Source: Octopus sinensis
Taxonomy: Eukaryota
Reading direction: 5' to 3'
Length of the DNA: 64,000 nt
NCBI RefSeq assembly: GCF_006345805.1
Contig: NC_042998.1
Coordinates: 204,476,001 to 204,540,000 of the forward strand
Under the pieces are notes generated by a model. It was not told where the DNA came from, did no database searches, and saw only the letters and a program-made list of their open reading frames with translations. A program made the position numbers and the translations under genes. Below, piece after piece: positions 1-13,160 of this stretch. Each line of letters opens with the position of its first letter. The first letter of the stretch is position 1.

Positions 1-225
1 AGATAAATACCAGATCTTATTATTAAAAGAAACTCTGATATGAGAACAGACCAGTCTGAAGAGTGCTTTAAGCAGGAAACTCTCCATCTTTGATCAGTGT
101 TTTGAAAAAAAAAATTGGTCACTTAAAAAATAGAGTTACAATTTGTAAAGATTTGTTCATTAAAAGGAAAATAATAACAATCAGATAAGTCATTCTTATT
201 ATTTTACAAACATGTCTGTGTGTGC

Positions 226-260
<35 letters not shown>

Positions 261-266
<6 letters not shown>

Positions 267-1414
267 GCATCCTTTTTGTCTCGGGAGACAATGGAGTTGC
301 GCATAAAATAATCTAGTCCAGCTTTTACATTTCATGTCCTGATACATTTCCTGCTGTGGCTGTGTAGTCCTATCCTGGACAAACACTCCCTCTGGCAGGT
401 GCCGCAAATGTAGCAAAGACTGTTCCTGGCTGGTTGTAATGCCATACTTTCTTGTTGACATCTTGTCTTTCCATTTCTCCTCTCTCTCTCTCTGTCACTC
501 CTTTGTATTCCCTCTTTTACGGTACATCGCCAATCTCCACGGTTGCTGGCAACTGCTTCCCAACTGCTAATATTGATGTTGCAGGCCTTCATGTCCCTTT
601 TGCAAACATCCTTGTATCGTAAGAACGGTCTTCCCACAGACCTAGTGCCCCTAGCAAGATCTCCGTAGAGTATGTCCTTGGGGATTCTGTCATCTTCCAT
701 ACGGCTAACATGTCCAAGCCATCTCATACGTCTTTGTGTGAGGAGTGTAAACATGCTTGGTATTCCTGCTTGCTTGAGGACATCTTTGTTGAGGACATGA
801 TTCTGCCATTTGATGCCAAGAATTTTCCAGAGGCAGCGCAGGTGAAAGATATTTAGGTGACGCTCTTGGCATGTGTATGGCGTCCAAGTCTCACTGCCAT
901 ACAGTAGAGTGCTAAGTACACATGCCTGGTAAATCTTAATTTTTGTGGTCTTGGTCAGCTTATTGTTGTCCCAAGCCCGTTTGGAGAGTTGGGCCATCGC
1001 AGCAGCTGCCTTGCCAATGCGTATATTGAGCTCAGCATTAAGGGATAGGTTGTAGGTGACGGTAGAGCCAAGATAGGTAAACTTCTCCACCTCATGTAGT
1101 CTGTGGTCTCCAATATGTATGTTTGGGATGTCCGGTGTAGCTTGACCCATGATGTTGGTCTTCTTGAGGCTGATAACTAAGCCAAAGTCATTACATGCTT
1201 GCTCAAAACTGTTGATGAGCCTTTGTAGAGCTTCTTCTGTGTGTGATACCAGAGCGGCATCATCAGCAAATAGCATCTCCTTGATCAGGACGCTTCTGAT
1301 TTTGTCTTGGCATGCAGGCGCGAGAGATTGAACAGTTTCCCGTCACTTCTACTGTGCAGAAACATTCCATCATCTGATGTCTGAAAGGCATGTGAGAGCA
1401 GCAGCGAGAAGATG
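261..1414 (-). mobile_element. 5'-truncated RTE-clade LINE, BovB-like, inserted in a (TA)n tract
   Basis: ORF 332-1276 encodes the RT C-terminal part (LFADD, FTYLGS, IYQACVLSTLLYGSETW, RMRWLGHVSRM, GRPFLRYKDVCKRD) and a CxxC-type C-terminus (CGTCQRECLSRIGLHSHSRKC). Upstream residues DGKLFNLSRL lie in another frame after a 1-nt deletion near 1300. (TA)n flanks both ends. Confidence 0.92.
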
Positions 1415-4400
1415 ATATATATATATATATACACACACGTACACACACACCGTATATTATTCTTTTGTTATTATCCAGCAAGAGATAAACGCTATTTAAT
1501 GAAGAAACATAAAATATCACTTTAGAGCATGTTATTTATGATACAAACCTAATTGCAGAGTCGTTAAGTAATGCATAAAGTCTCTTTACAGCTGTTTCAG
1601 GAATAGCTGTGCAGATGGTGTATAGGTCATTGAGCAAACATTTCCATATAAGCCAACTATTCCATCTTCAAAGAATCAAGGAATTTTTCTTAATAAAGGA
1701 TATTACAAGAAAATTTAAATGTGAGCAGCTTCAGTACAGTTTCCTGCTCCGAAAGTTCAAGGTTGGACATGTTATACAAGTTCAACTGATTACTGTTCCA
1801 CTGGAACATGAAACTTGTAATTGCTTAATTGCTTACACTGAACTCCTGTGTTCATCGAATGAAATTAATATATAAACTGAAAGTGGTTGTTTGTCATGCT
1901 AGAAATAGCAGAAAAATCTCCCCTTTGCCCTCTCCACCACCACATTTCTGTATGTAACAGACAATGATGAAAATATGTTAATCCTGTTACTGCAGAAATC
2001 AGATATATATCCACTTCAAATCTCATTACCCTTAATTCTGGGAAGCAGTTTCAAATTCCAGTCCATCCTTTGTTGAGGAATGTCATGTTTGAAGCTGTCT
2101 TGTATTGAGAAATGCCAAGTTCATTGAGGCAATACGACTTGCAGAAAATACAAATTCTATTTTCTCTCTCTCTTTTTGTAAACATTTAATGCCATTACTG
2201 GAATAATGACAACAAAGGAAATTTAATTTTATAATCAAAGGGTTATAATATCACATTTTAGAATGAAGAATCGTTGCTTCTTTGGTGCATAAAGGTATTT
2301 ACAAACAGCGACATACATTTAGGTAAGGGATTCGCTCAGCAACAAATCTTATGAAATACCTTTATTTTTTTATTTGACCCAAGATGGAGGGGGGAAAATA
2401 ACGTATTACACCCCTTCTCAGTGGTGCCCTGGGGTAGGATGGAACCCCTACCCCAGGATGTTTCTATATTGCTGCTCTTGAGTCTGCCCAAAAATATCAC
2501 TGACATAACGAGAAGTTGTTTTAAAAATGATATATTTTAAACCTATCAGACTAATGTAATCAATAACCAATCATTAGAATAGTGTTAAAAAAAAACCTTT
2601 TACAAGGAGCCTCAGGCTAAGATTGAACCTTTGTTAAAAGGAGGTCTGTGTGTTGCTGTGTCCATGTCTTCACCCACAAGACCATTGAGGCAACAGCAAT
2701 AACTAGTTTGAAAATGATATATTTAAATCTATCAGACTAATGTAGTCAATGACTAATCACTAGAATAGATTTAAATATCTCATATTTTGTACAAGTAGTA
2801 TTACTGGCCGTGTGGCCTAGTGTGGTTGGTTACAAACAAGGCAGTGGGGTAGATGGAGGTTTCAGTCTCAGGTAGGGATTGTGATATGATCTCATTTAGC
2901 TTTATTTTTTTTCTGTAAATGGAGAAGGAGAGCAAAAAAAAAATTTTTACAAAGAGCCACAGGCCAAGATTGAACCTTCGTTAAAGAGGTCTGTGTGTTG
3001 CTGTGTCCATGTCTCTACCCATAAGACCATTGAGACAACAGCAATAGCTAGTTTGAAAATGATATATTTAAATCTTATATAAAAACTCTTTGATGTGGTG
3101 GTGTTCATGGTTTTCTGTGACTTTAGTAATATATGAAGGGAGAATGTGAAATGCTCCAGAACACAACATGCTACCTGATTCAGGAATTGATCTCACAACC
3201 TTAATGATCACAAGCCTAACCACAAGGCCGTGCACTTTCATGGCAAAGTCAGTAGAGTGAGGGGTTGATTTCCATTTATATCCTGGGTTCAAGTCCTGCC
3301 AAGCCCAGCTTAGCCTTTCATTCTTCTGGGGGGTCAATAAAATAAAGTAATATTGAAGTACAGGGGTCAATTTAATTAACTAATCCCCTCTTTTTTCGAA
3401 TTTAGATCTACCTGACTTGGAATAATAATAATAATTATTATTCTATAAAGTACCTCACAGTATTGAGTGAAGTGGACCAATAAAACTAATTCTACAATCA
3501 TGTCAAGTTTGAACCCCAGCCTATGCTTTTAGAGGGGGAAAAAGGGGTCAGACATATTTGTGCACTCAGCCACCAGAACACAAACAAGAAATTATCTCAA
3601 AAATGTAAAAAAAACAATTCAAACTTTTGTTTAATATTGAACTGATACTGTGATTCTTTATGTTCTGGTTTCAAATCCTGTCTAGGTCAGACTTACTTTG
3701 CATCCTTCAGCACCCCCACAAGTACGTGTCATATATTGGGGTTGATCTTAAATATATGACTGGTCATAAATCTCAAAACTTCAAACCCTTAAGAGTCTTA
3801 ATTGTGTTGGTGCAGTTTGTCACAGACACAATCTCTCAAATTATTGATGATGGATTAATGAGTTGATTAATGAAACCACGACCACCCACCCTGTCTTTGA
3901 TTCAGGCACAGTGTATCAAGGACTACATTTTCTAATGTATAGTGTTTAGTAATTAACAGAAGCAGCTATTGCTGTTTAGCCCCAGGTCAGTCTTGATCTA
4001 GCAGACCCATGATCAAACAGGTCCTAGCTGTGAGACCATCCCATCTTTTATTCTGGCAAAGTCTATCAAGGACTACATTACCTAATGCATAGTACAGAGT
4101 TAGTTTTGGGTTGTTTAGCCCTAGGTCATTCCTGTTCTGATTCATAAGACTTACAATCAAAGATGTTCCAACTATGACCACCTCATCCTACTCTCGGCTA
4201 TTGTGTTTCAGAACTTTCCAATATGTTCTTCCTTTTCAAGATGATGAGATGTGTAATTTCAGTGAGATTTAGCCACATTTTCTAGCAGTTTGTGTGACCA
4301 CATAGAGGGGCCCCTTCTCACTCTCTCTCTCTCCCTTCCTTTCTGGTTCAGGTTACCATAATATTGTTTGTTACTGCTATTTAACTCCAGGTAAACCCCG

Positions 4401-4761
4401 ATAAGGAGTCCTGTGATCAACAGACAACAGCCGTATCCATACCATCTGCATTTTAGGGACTTCCTTATCCAGTGTTTTTCCCCCTTTGTACAAAAACAGG
4501 ATGTAATATGAACATAATTCAGTTGCTATTTCTAGTAGATCAAAAGGTCACATGGAGACCCTCCCCTCTTGTATTTTAACATTGTGAAGGTATGGTAGGT
4601 CAGCACAGTGTCCCAGTTGAGCTGATTCTCTCCATTGAAAACATTCAGCTGTGTTAACAAATGAAACCCTTACAGTTTTTCCATCTTGCCACCATGAACA
4701 GACAACTTTCACCATCAATAACGAAACCTCTTAGAAAAATATGCTAAATTAACAGTCACAA

Positions 4762-4905
4762 ACGTGGCTGTGTGGCACATGGTCCTGGGTTCAGTCCTAC
4801 TCTGTGGTGACACCTTGGGCAAGTGTCTTCTGCTATAGCCTTAGGCTGACCAAAGCCTTGTGAGTGAATTTGGTAGACTGAAACTGAAAGAAGCCCATTT
4901 TGTGC

Positions 4906-4940
<35 letters not shown>

Positions 4941-5560
4941 AATTAAATTAGAGATACAATAAATATATATATATTGCGGAGACCCCCTTTGGTCATGACT
5001 GACCATGGGATTGCACCTAGGAAGTTACCCTCCCAGGCACAAGTCCGAGCAAGGCTGTTTAAGGAAGACCAGCAGTCGCCCATGCATACCGGCCTCCCCT
5101 CTCCATGCCACCGATGTTATCCAAGGGAAAGTCAAAGGGGCCGATACAGCTTGGCACCTGTGACATCACAACTCATTTCTACAGCTGAGTGAACTGGAGC
5201 AACGTGAAATTAAGTGTCTTGCTCTAGAACAAAACACACAGCCCAGTCCGGGATTCAAACTCACAACCTCACAGCCATAAGCTCGACACTCTAACCACTG
5301 AACCATGTGCCTTTATATATATACATATATGTATTTGTGTGTCTGTCTTTGTATCTGTTTGTCCTCCAACACCACTCGACAACCAGTGTTGGTGTGTTTA
5401 CATCCCTGTAATTTAGCAATTCAGCAAAAGTGACCAATAGAAATAAGTGCCAAACTTCAAGAAAAGTCCTGGGGTCAATTCAATAGACTGAAACCCCTTC
5501 AAGGCTGTGCCCCAGCATAGCCACAGTCCAATGCCTAAAACAAGTAAAAGATAAAAGAAA
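4762..5560 (+). mobile_element. CORE-type tRNA SINE (family A) split by a nested SINE
   Basis: GGTTCAGTCC B-box-like head, CACCTTGGGCAAGTGTCTT core-like motif, internal TG/TA tract and 3' tail ...CAGCATAGCCACAGTCCAATG...AAGTAAAAG. Same layout as the copy at 20238-20630. Confidence 0.75.
4976..5312 (-). mobile_element. tRNA-derived SINE (family D) nested in the internal microsatellite of family A
   Basis: Reverse complement begins AGGCACATGGTTCAGTGGTTAGAG (A box) ... GAGTTTGAATCCC (B box), followed by GAGCAAGACACTT. A partial copy lies at ~7430-7562. Confidence 0.7.
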
Positions 5561-5949
5561 ATGAAGTCTTGTTTAAATAATGAACAGAACAGAAATGAGA
5601 TTTAAATTATGATAATTAATATAGTGATGGCAGTGTGGCTCTAAAGTTTGTTTTCTAACCAAGTGGTCAGGAGTTCAACCTCACACCATGGCACTTTAGG
5701 TTAAGTGTCCTCTGCAGCCACAAGTTGACCAATAGAAATTATATAAAATTGTATAACTGGCAGTTCTGACGATGAGGGTTCCAGTTCATCCGATCATCAA
5801 AACAGCCTCCTCTTGAAATTGTTGTACAAGTGGCTGAGAACTCCACAGACATTCATACCCTTAATGTAGTTCTCAAAGAGATTCAGCATGGCACAGAATG
5901 GGACAAAGCTGACCCTTTGAAGTACAGTTATGATAAGGTACACTAAGGT

Positions 5950-7430
5950 AATTAAAGATAGGGAAATAGGGAAAGCCCCAGGTCCATCTGGAGTCACTGC
6001 TGGGATGCTCAAAATATCTGGTAAGGTAGAATACAGACTAATCAATGGCAGCATAATTGTTAGCTGCTACAAGAGTAAGGGTGATGCAATTGTAGAGGCA
6101 CCAAACTCCCGGACTGGATGGTGGAAATTAGGGAGAAAGCCTTCGATAGAGTACCCCAACAGTGTGATATGGAGGGCTCTGAGCGTTCATCAAGGCTCAG
6201 TCCTGAGTCCCCTACTTTTCATCACTGTCCTCCAGGCCATAACAGAGAACCTCAAGACCGGAAGGCCCTGGTGACTACTATATGCTGATGACCTTGTCCT
6301 CATAGCAGATTCTATATGAGAGCTAGAAAAGAAATTCCAGGTGTGGAAGCAAAACCTGGAATCTAATGGCCTTAAGATTAACTTAGCAATGCGTAAGGTT
6401 TTAATAGGCATGAAAACAAAACAGGTCCCTAACCTGTTCTGGTAAGTGGCCCTGCTCAATTCATTGTAAGCAAGAATTTCATATGGTGTACCCTATGGAC
6501 ACACAAGTGGTGCAGTTGAATAATATGAAGGTTCTCAGGGAAAGGAGTTTTTGTATGAGGAAGATGCACAGGATCCCTAAAAAAAACTGCAGATACTTGG
6601 GGAAACTGATTTTCTCAAATGCCCCAGACGCTCTTCAGAGGTAATGGACAATTTCTGCTACCTAGGGGACCTAATTAGCTGTGGGGGAGGATGCACAGAG
6701 AGTGTAATAGCTAGAATAAGAATAGGATGGAGAGAATTCAGAGAGTTTTTTTTATCTTTGTTAGCAACCAAAGTTCTCTCTCTCCGAATGAAAGGAAGAT
6801 TGTACGATGCACGCATATGAAGAGCAATTCTGCATGGTAGTGAGATGTGGGCCCTGGATGCAGAGGACTAGATGTGAAGGCTAGATGTGCTCCGCTGGAT
6901 GTGTAATGTAAGTGTAAATGTGCAAGACAGAATGTCAGTATATTGAGAGAGAAGTGTAAGAGGAATGAGATGCAGTGTGCAAGAGAGAAGACTGCACTGG
7001 TTTGGTTGTGTGATGCGGACGGATTCCGACATTTCCATAAAGAAGTGCCACTCACTCAAAGTGGATGGAGTTTGTGGAAGAGGAAGACCCCCAGAGACAA
7101 GGGACATAGTACTGGACAACCTCAGAATACTGAACCTCTAAGAGGACGTGACAAAGGACCAAGATATCTAGTGCCTTGCTGCACTCAAAAAGGCTTGTCG
7201 TCCATGGCAGAAGGATTGGCCTGTAATAGCCCTGTGCCAGTGACACATAAAAAACACTTGTGCTGGTGCCGTGTTAAAAGCACTCAGCACATTCTGTAAA
7301 GCCTTTGACATCAGGAAGGGCATCCAGCCATAGAAATCAAACTGGGACCTGGTGCAGCTGCCCAGCTCTAGTCAAACCGTCCAACCCATGCCAGCATGGA
7401 CAACAGGCATTAAAGGTTAATGATGATGTA
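5950..7430 (+). mobile_element. Degenerate RTE LINE (second family), RT remnants plus part of the 3' UTR
   Basis: Broken frames give GKAPGPSG, HQGSVLSPLLF, YADDLVL, FCYLGDLI, ARIRIGW and LHGSEMWAL, followed by the family tail GGGCATCCAGC...CCAACCCATGCCAGCATGG...GATGATG. Many stops and deletions. Confidence 0.85.
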
Positions 7431-8921
7431 CAACTCATTTTGGCCAGCTGGAGCAATGTGAAATAAAGTGTCTTGCTCAAGGACACAACATGCCATCAGG
7501 AATTGAACTCACATTGTTATGATTGTGAACTGCATGCCCTGACCACTTTGCCATGCACCTTCACATATAATTAATAGTAAGGAAACAATGTACTGGTAGA
7601 TATAGGGGCTGGAAGGGGTGATGAGGGCTGGCACACCATCCTGGGTTACCGAAATAAAATTGATCTCTTATTAAACAATAACGATGCCTCGTCAAATTAA
7701 AAATTTAACTTAAATAAAATAGGTCACCAAAGAAAAAAAAAATCAAAATAATTCCAGTGACCTGATTAGAAATGCCATCATCATCATTTAACATCCCTTT
7801 TTGATGCTTGCACAAGTCAGACAGGATTTGTTGGGGCAGATTCTCTACAGCTGGATGCCCTTCCTGTTGCCAACACTCACCTGCTACCAAGTAAGATAAT
7901 ATTTACCCCTGTTGCAAGACGGGTTTTCTTGTAAGACTGGAAATGAACAAACAGCATTTTTATGGTGATGGTGCTCATTTGAAATACATCAAGAGAACAC
8001 ACACACGAGAGGCTTCCACACAGTCTCCACCTGACAAATCCACTCACAAAGCTTTGATCAGCATAGGGCTATAGCAAAAGATACTTTGCCCTAGATTCCA
8101 CAGAGAGGGGTCAGGAAACGAACTCCTTAACCAAGCACTCTTATACCTTTATGTCTAGAATCAGTCGGGATGTCTGGGACAACACAACTTTGTGAATAGA
8201 ATCCCTTGCTGTTTCTGAGGGTCCATATCGACAGTTCTCACCCTTTTTAATATCCAGATCCCAAACTTGGACATTGGGATGGGGAGGCACACCAAAAAAA
8301 GCTAAAACACAAATCAATTGAAGAAAAATTTACATTTATAAAGGGAAGATCATTGGGAGCCACCAGGAGGGGACTTGAGGATCACATACTCCCTGGGAGC
8401 CATGGCTGAGAACCATTGCTCTATATAATCTCTCTCTCTGTTTCTCTCCCCATATATATATTTATGTGTATAATCAATATCTATACCCATCACTATACAA
8501 CAAAAATTTATTTTGTGAATATATTTTACAAGTTTCAGTTTATTCTAAACACATGAACTGCAGCATCGTTGTTTTATATTTTTAAAACTTGGAAGTCAAA
8601 CTCAGACCTGAAGTTACCCCACCAGATTTCATGGGTAACCCATTCCCTCCTGGCAGCACTTCAACAAAACCTTCAGTAAGATTCAAGTCTTAAATATCGA
8701 GAAAATGAAAAAAACAAACTCAGCTATAAAACAAAACTAAACCCCGAAATAATTACCAAATTCTTAATTATGAAGACAAAGTGATTCACTATCTCTTTAG
8801 TACATTTATAACTAAGATAGTTCTACCTTTCATTGCATCAGTTATGATGATGAGGGCTCCAGATGATCTGGAATCATTCATTTTTCCCAACTGATTGGAG
8901 TAACCAGAAATACAGTATCTT

Positions 8922-9350
8922 ATAATAATAATAATGAAATTATTGTATACAGTGCTCAGGTGCCCCACAACTTGTCAGAAAGTGCGTATAAAGTACATGC
9001 AGTAATGTACAAATGTCTGGGAAGTGAACAGTGTATGAGTCAGATACATGCTTGCATGTGTATGGAGGGGAGGAAATCAGATGTAGTGTTGGCGAATCTC
9101 AGGAAGCATGGAAGTTTTGAAGGATGCAGTGCTCCGACAACTAACAACTAATGCCGGCAGTTTGTTCCATGCTTCAGCAACTCTCAGCATGAAAAAATGT
9201 TTCCGAAAGTCATGGAAGGAGCTGTGCTGTTTTCTGACTTTGTAAACATGTCCACAGGTGGAGTTTGAAAAGGTACTCAGAGTTATTGTTTGTAAGATGG
9301 TTAATCTTGTTCAAAGGCACAAAATACCACCACAATCTTATCAACACTAG
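8922..9350 (-). mobile_element. CR1/L2-like LINE 3' fragment
   Basis: Near copy of 43621-44040, with an (ATT)n tail. Confidence 0.7.
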
Positions 9351-10289
9351 TTAACTGCTTTAACTAAATTAGTTCTATACTCGTTAACTGTTGCTTCTCT
9401 ACCAACACCAACTTTCAATACAACAGATTGTCTGCAGTGAATTACCATCCACCAATAAATAAACTCTACAAGAGGAGGCAGTGGGGGATGAGATCCAAAG
9501 AAAACAATCTTGTCTAATACTGCCAGAATCGTACTTTGGTACTTCAAAGATACTCACAGCCACTTTGATACCCGATTCAAAATTTCAAAATAATACCAAA
9601 CACTTCAGCTGCAATTTGAACCTTTTGATCCTATGAAATATTATTAAAAATTGTATAATTCCATAATCAACCAGACTGTTGTTATGCATCACTGGTCACA
9701 ATGCACTTTGCATCATTTTAGCTTCTGAATGATGCCACTACAATGGTTAGGTGAGTGGTCCAACACTGCCTCTGATCAGTCCGCCACAGGGTGGTTACTC
9801 ATTGACGGCTGAGTGGCCTTGAGCTGCTCAAAATCACAATGCACCACCCAGTCCAGGAATCAAACCCACAATTTAGCGATCATGAATACAACACCCGAAC
9901 CCCTTTTACATAATTCCATAGCATTTGTATTTTAGGGAGCATTTTTAGAACTCCGGTGCATTTAAGGGTGTGTGTGTTTATATAATATTAAGTAAAATTT
10001 TCACTAAGAGGCTGGATGTATATTCCTGTTGGTTTGTTTCAGAATGTCTGTTGGCAGAGCTTTGTTCTGGTTGAGTCACATCACGAGAGAGATTTCTATC
10101 ATTGTTTTAAGAAAAAATATTGTTATGATGATGATGGTTGTTGTTATTGTATCTGGTTGTTGAGAAAAATAATGAAATACATCAACATGTTGTTAACGCA
10201 CAAACAAGAAGGAAAACAACACACACACACACACACATATATATATAACACTTACACTATTTTATGTGTGTGTGTGTGTGTGTGTGTGC

Positions 10290-10600
10290 AGGCATGGATG
10301 TTGTTGCCTCCTAAGAAGTTTGCTTCCCAACCACATGGATCCAGGTTCAGTGCCACTGTGTGGCACCTTGGGCAAGTGTCTTCTAATATAGCCCCGGGCT
10401 GACCAAAGACTTGTGGGTGGATTTGGGAGATGGAAACAAAGAAGCCCATCGTATATGTGTGTGTGGGGGGGGTGTATTTGTATATATATGTATTATTGTG
10501 TGGTGTGAGTGTGTGCATGTTTGTGTTGTCTTGTTCTGACATCATGTGACAGCTGTAAATGAGTGTCACTGTCAATCAAGCGGTGTCGGTGTCATTCATT
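10290..10600 (+). mobile_element. CORE-type tRNA SINE (family A), 5' part
   Basis: TTCCCAACCAC...GGTTCAGTGCC...CACCTTGGGCAAGTGTCTT...GAAGCCCATCGTATA then a TG tract. Confidence 0.7.
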
Positions 10601-11376
10601 TCTAATATTCAAAACCATACCTGACCTTGGAGAAATGTCACCTTAGTTGGAAACAGGTAGAGCAGGACATAGAAAATCTGCCTCAAAAGACTCCGTCTGA
10701 CCCCTGCAAGCATAGAGAAGTGGTCATTAAAAGGATGGTCACACAGACACATGCATACACTTGTGCATATAGAGAGAGATAACTCTCATTACATCCCATT
10801 TCCTTTAAACATGGCATCTTTAACACATTCTATTTTGCTAAATAAAATCTGTATCTCTGCACAGAGACGATTTCCCATTTGATATAATGTCAATAATAAA
10901 CACAAAGAGTTTAGAAACTCATTTTTGGAAGAAATCTGAGATTGAGAGTCGGAACTAGGACAGTTTTCTATTCTTACATCACTCATTAGTACTCCGCATC
11001 ACTCACTCATGTTTCATTTGACCCCCTAACATTTTCGCTCACACATCAGCTTCTAAATCTACAGCATCTCCCCTCAACCACAATCACCAACTCACTTCAA
11101 TGATTGTTGCACCAGCTAGAAACTGCAGCCAAACCTCACTTAAGAACTAATGATAATCAGAGCACTTAACAACTGATTTTAATTGGCAGTTGATGATTGC
11201 TTGGCCATTTCCTCCAAGATAAGCCAGCATTTGGCACCATAAACATTAAAGACCATGAATTCATGGCACTGCTACAGTTTGGTGACTTTCTTTATTCTAT
11301 ACGCGTGTGTGTGTGTATTCATACATACACGTATCTATGTTTATATGGGTATACATACACATGAAGATATATATAT

Positions 11377-11413
<37 letters not shown>

Positions 11414-11442
11414 AGTAGTGATGCAGATAAACAATTAGGCTT

Positions 11443-11482
<40 letters not shown>

Positions 11483-11483
<1 letters not shown>

Positions 11484-12693
11484 CAATATCTATAAATCTG
11501 AAATGAGAAAGTTTGTTTGTTTGTCTGGTTTTGGCATTGGAACAGGTTGAAGGGCACTAGATCCCGTCGGATTGACTCCAAAATTTACAGGGACATGTAA
11601 AATGAGGTGAGGATGTGATTGGGCCAGGTTAAAAATCCTTATCTTAAAAGGTGTGGTTACTAGGGCAAAAAACGCACACTTTGACAAGTCTTCTCTTATC
11701 TGCCTGTCTTCCTACGTCTCTCTCTTTCCTCCCTTCCTTTCACTTTCTCTCTATAACGACGTTTGACAGATACGACTATCTTTCCCCGCCGCCTTCGCCA
11801 GCGTTGTCACTCTTTCCCTCACCGCCTCCTTCTCTCTCTCTCTCTGTACGTCTGTCTGCATTCATAGAGTTATATTATCGCCACCACCACCACACAATCA
11901 TGAGAACAAATATTATGAATCAGATATTTATTGGGTTAATTTATATATGTGAGTGTGTGTGTGTGTCTGTATCTATATATAAATATGTATATATAATGTA
12001 TATATACAAAGTGTATATATCTGTATTATATATATATATGTATATCTAATTTATATACATTTGTATATATATAATGCGTACACACACACACATATAATAC
12101 ATATAGTGTACATATATATGTATATATATATATTATATATATATATATATATATTTATGTGTGCATTATTGGTCGGTTGAGCTGAAAATATGTACACTAT
12201 GTTAAAATGTGCTGGTAAGTTTGCATGGCAACTATTTTTTTCCTCAAATGAAAGGCGTAACCTCTAGGACAAAATTCCTCATCTTTTAAATTGTGGCCTG
12301 ATTATACCCGGATGAAATCAGCTTATATTAACCAAACAAGTAAAACAATGAAAAACTATGCCATTTTAATCCCAAGTAAGGTCGGGTATCTCTGTAGGTC
12401 TACTACATATTTGTGAAAAGGGCAGACGTTGTCTCACAAGCAGTTATACAGGCAAAAGTGTTAGTAAATATGGTAGGATTCAGTTGAAAATTTGCACACC
12501 TATGTTAAAAGTCCTGGCGAGTTTGCATGGCAACTTTGAGTTTGCTCAATTGAAAGGTGTGGCCTCTAGAGCAAACTTCCTCATCTTTAAAGTGTGGCCC
12601 ACGTAGACCCGAATGAAATCGAGTTATAATACCGAAACAAATAAAACAATGATAAACTATTTTAATTCCGAGCAAGACCGGGTTTCTCTGCTA

Positions 12694-12726
<33 letters not shown>

Positions 12727-13160
12727 GGCTTTGGGTCAAAATTGTGTGCACGTTTTGCTATGTCAGAGGTTGGCAGCCACACCAGTGGTCAGATCGAGCT
12801 GAAAATTGACACAGGCATAGAAGGCGTGATGAGTTGAGTAGGTTAAAACTCACCATCTGGAAAGATGCAGTTGCTATGGTGAGAAGATTCAAGGGGGCTC
12901 TAAGCCCCTCCAGATTGGCGCAATTGGCATCTAATTTTATCGATAAAATGAAGAAGGTGAACGTAGACCAAATTGGATTTTTATGCAAAAAGGGGTCTAA
13001 ATGGGGCTGGAAGGGAATTCAAATTTACATGAGAGGGTAACTTGAGGGTGGGGGAAATTGATTGGGAGACGTTTTGTGGCACTAGTGGTTGCTTTGGTGT
13101 GAAAACTGGGATTTTATTGATTTTGGGGGACACTTGGTGGTCTAGATTGGACACCTTTTG
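11483..13160 (+). mobile_element. Cluster of old Helitron-like non-autonomous relics, including a diverged ~300-bp tandem pair (12170-12402, 12470-12697)
   Basis: The two units share GTTAAAA...GTTTGCATGGCAACT...TGAAAGG...TGTGGCC and end in CCGAGCAAGACCGGG..CTGCTA, resembling the CCGAGCAACGCCGGG..CTGCTAG end of the young Helitrons. Confidence 0.45.

Noticed and set aside
1609-1875. 88-aa plus-strand ORF with nearby AG acceptors
   Set aside because: No recognisable domain and no phase-compatible neighbouring exon.
2520-3075. Local ~140-bp and ~60-bp direct duplications
   Set aside because: Real but ordinary diverged local duplication with no coding or structural signal; the same applies to 3890-4190 and 63090-63140.
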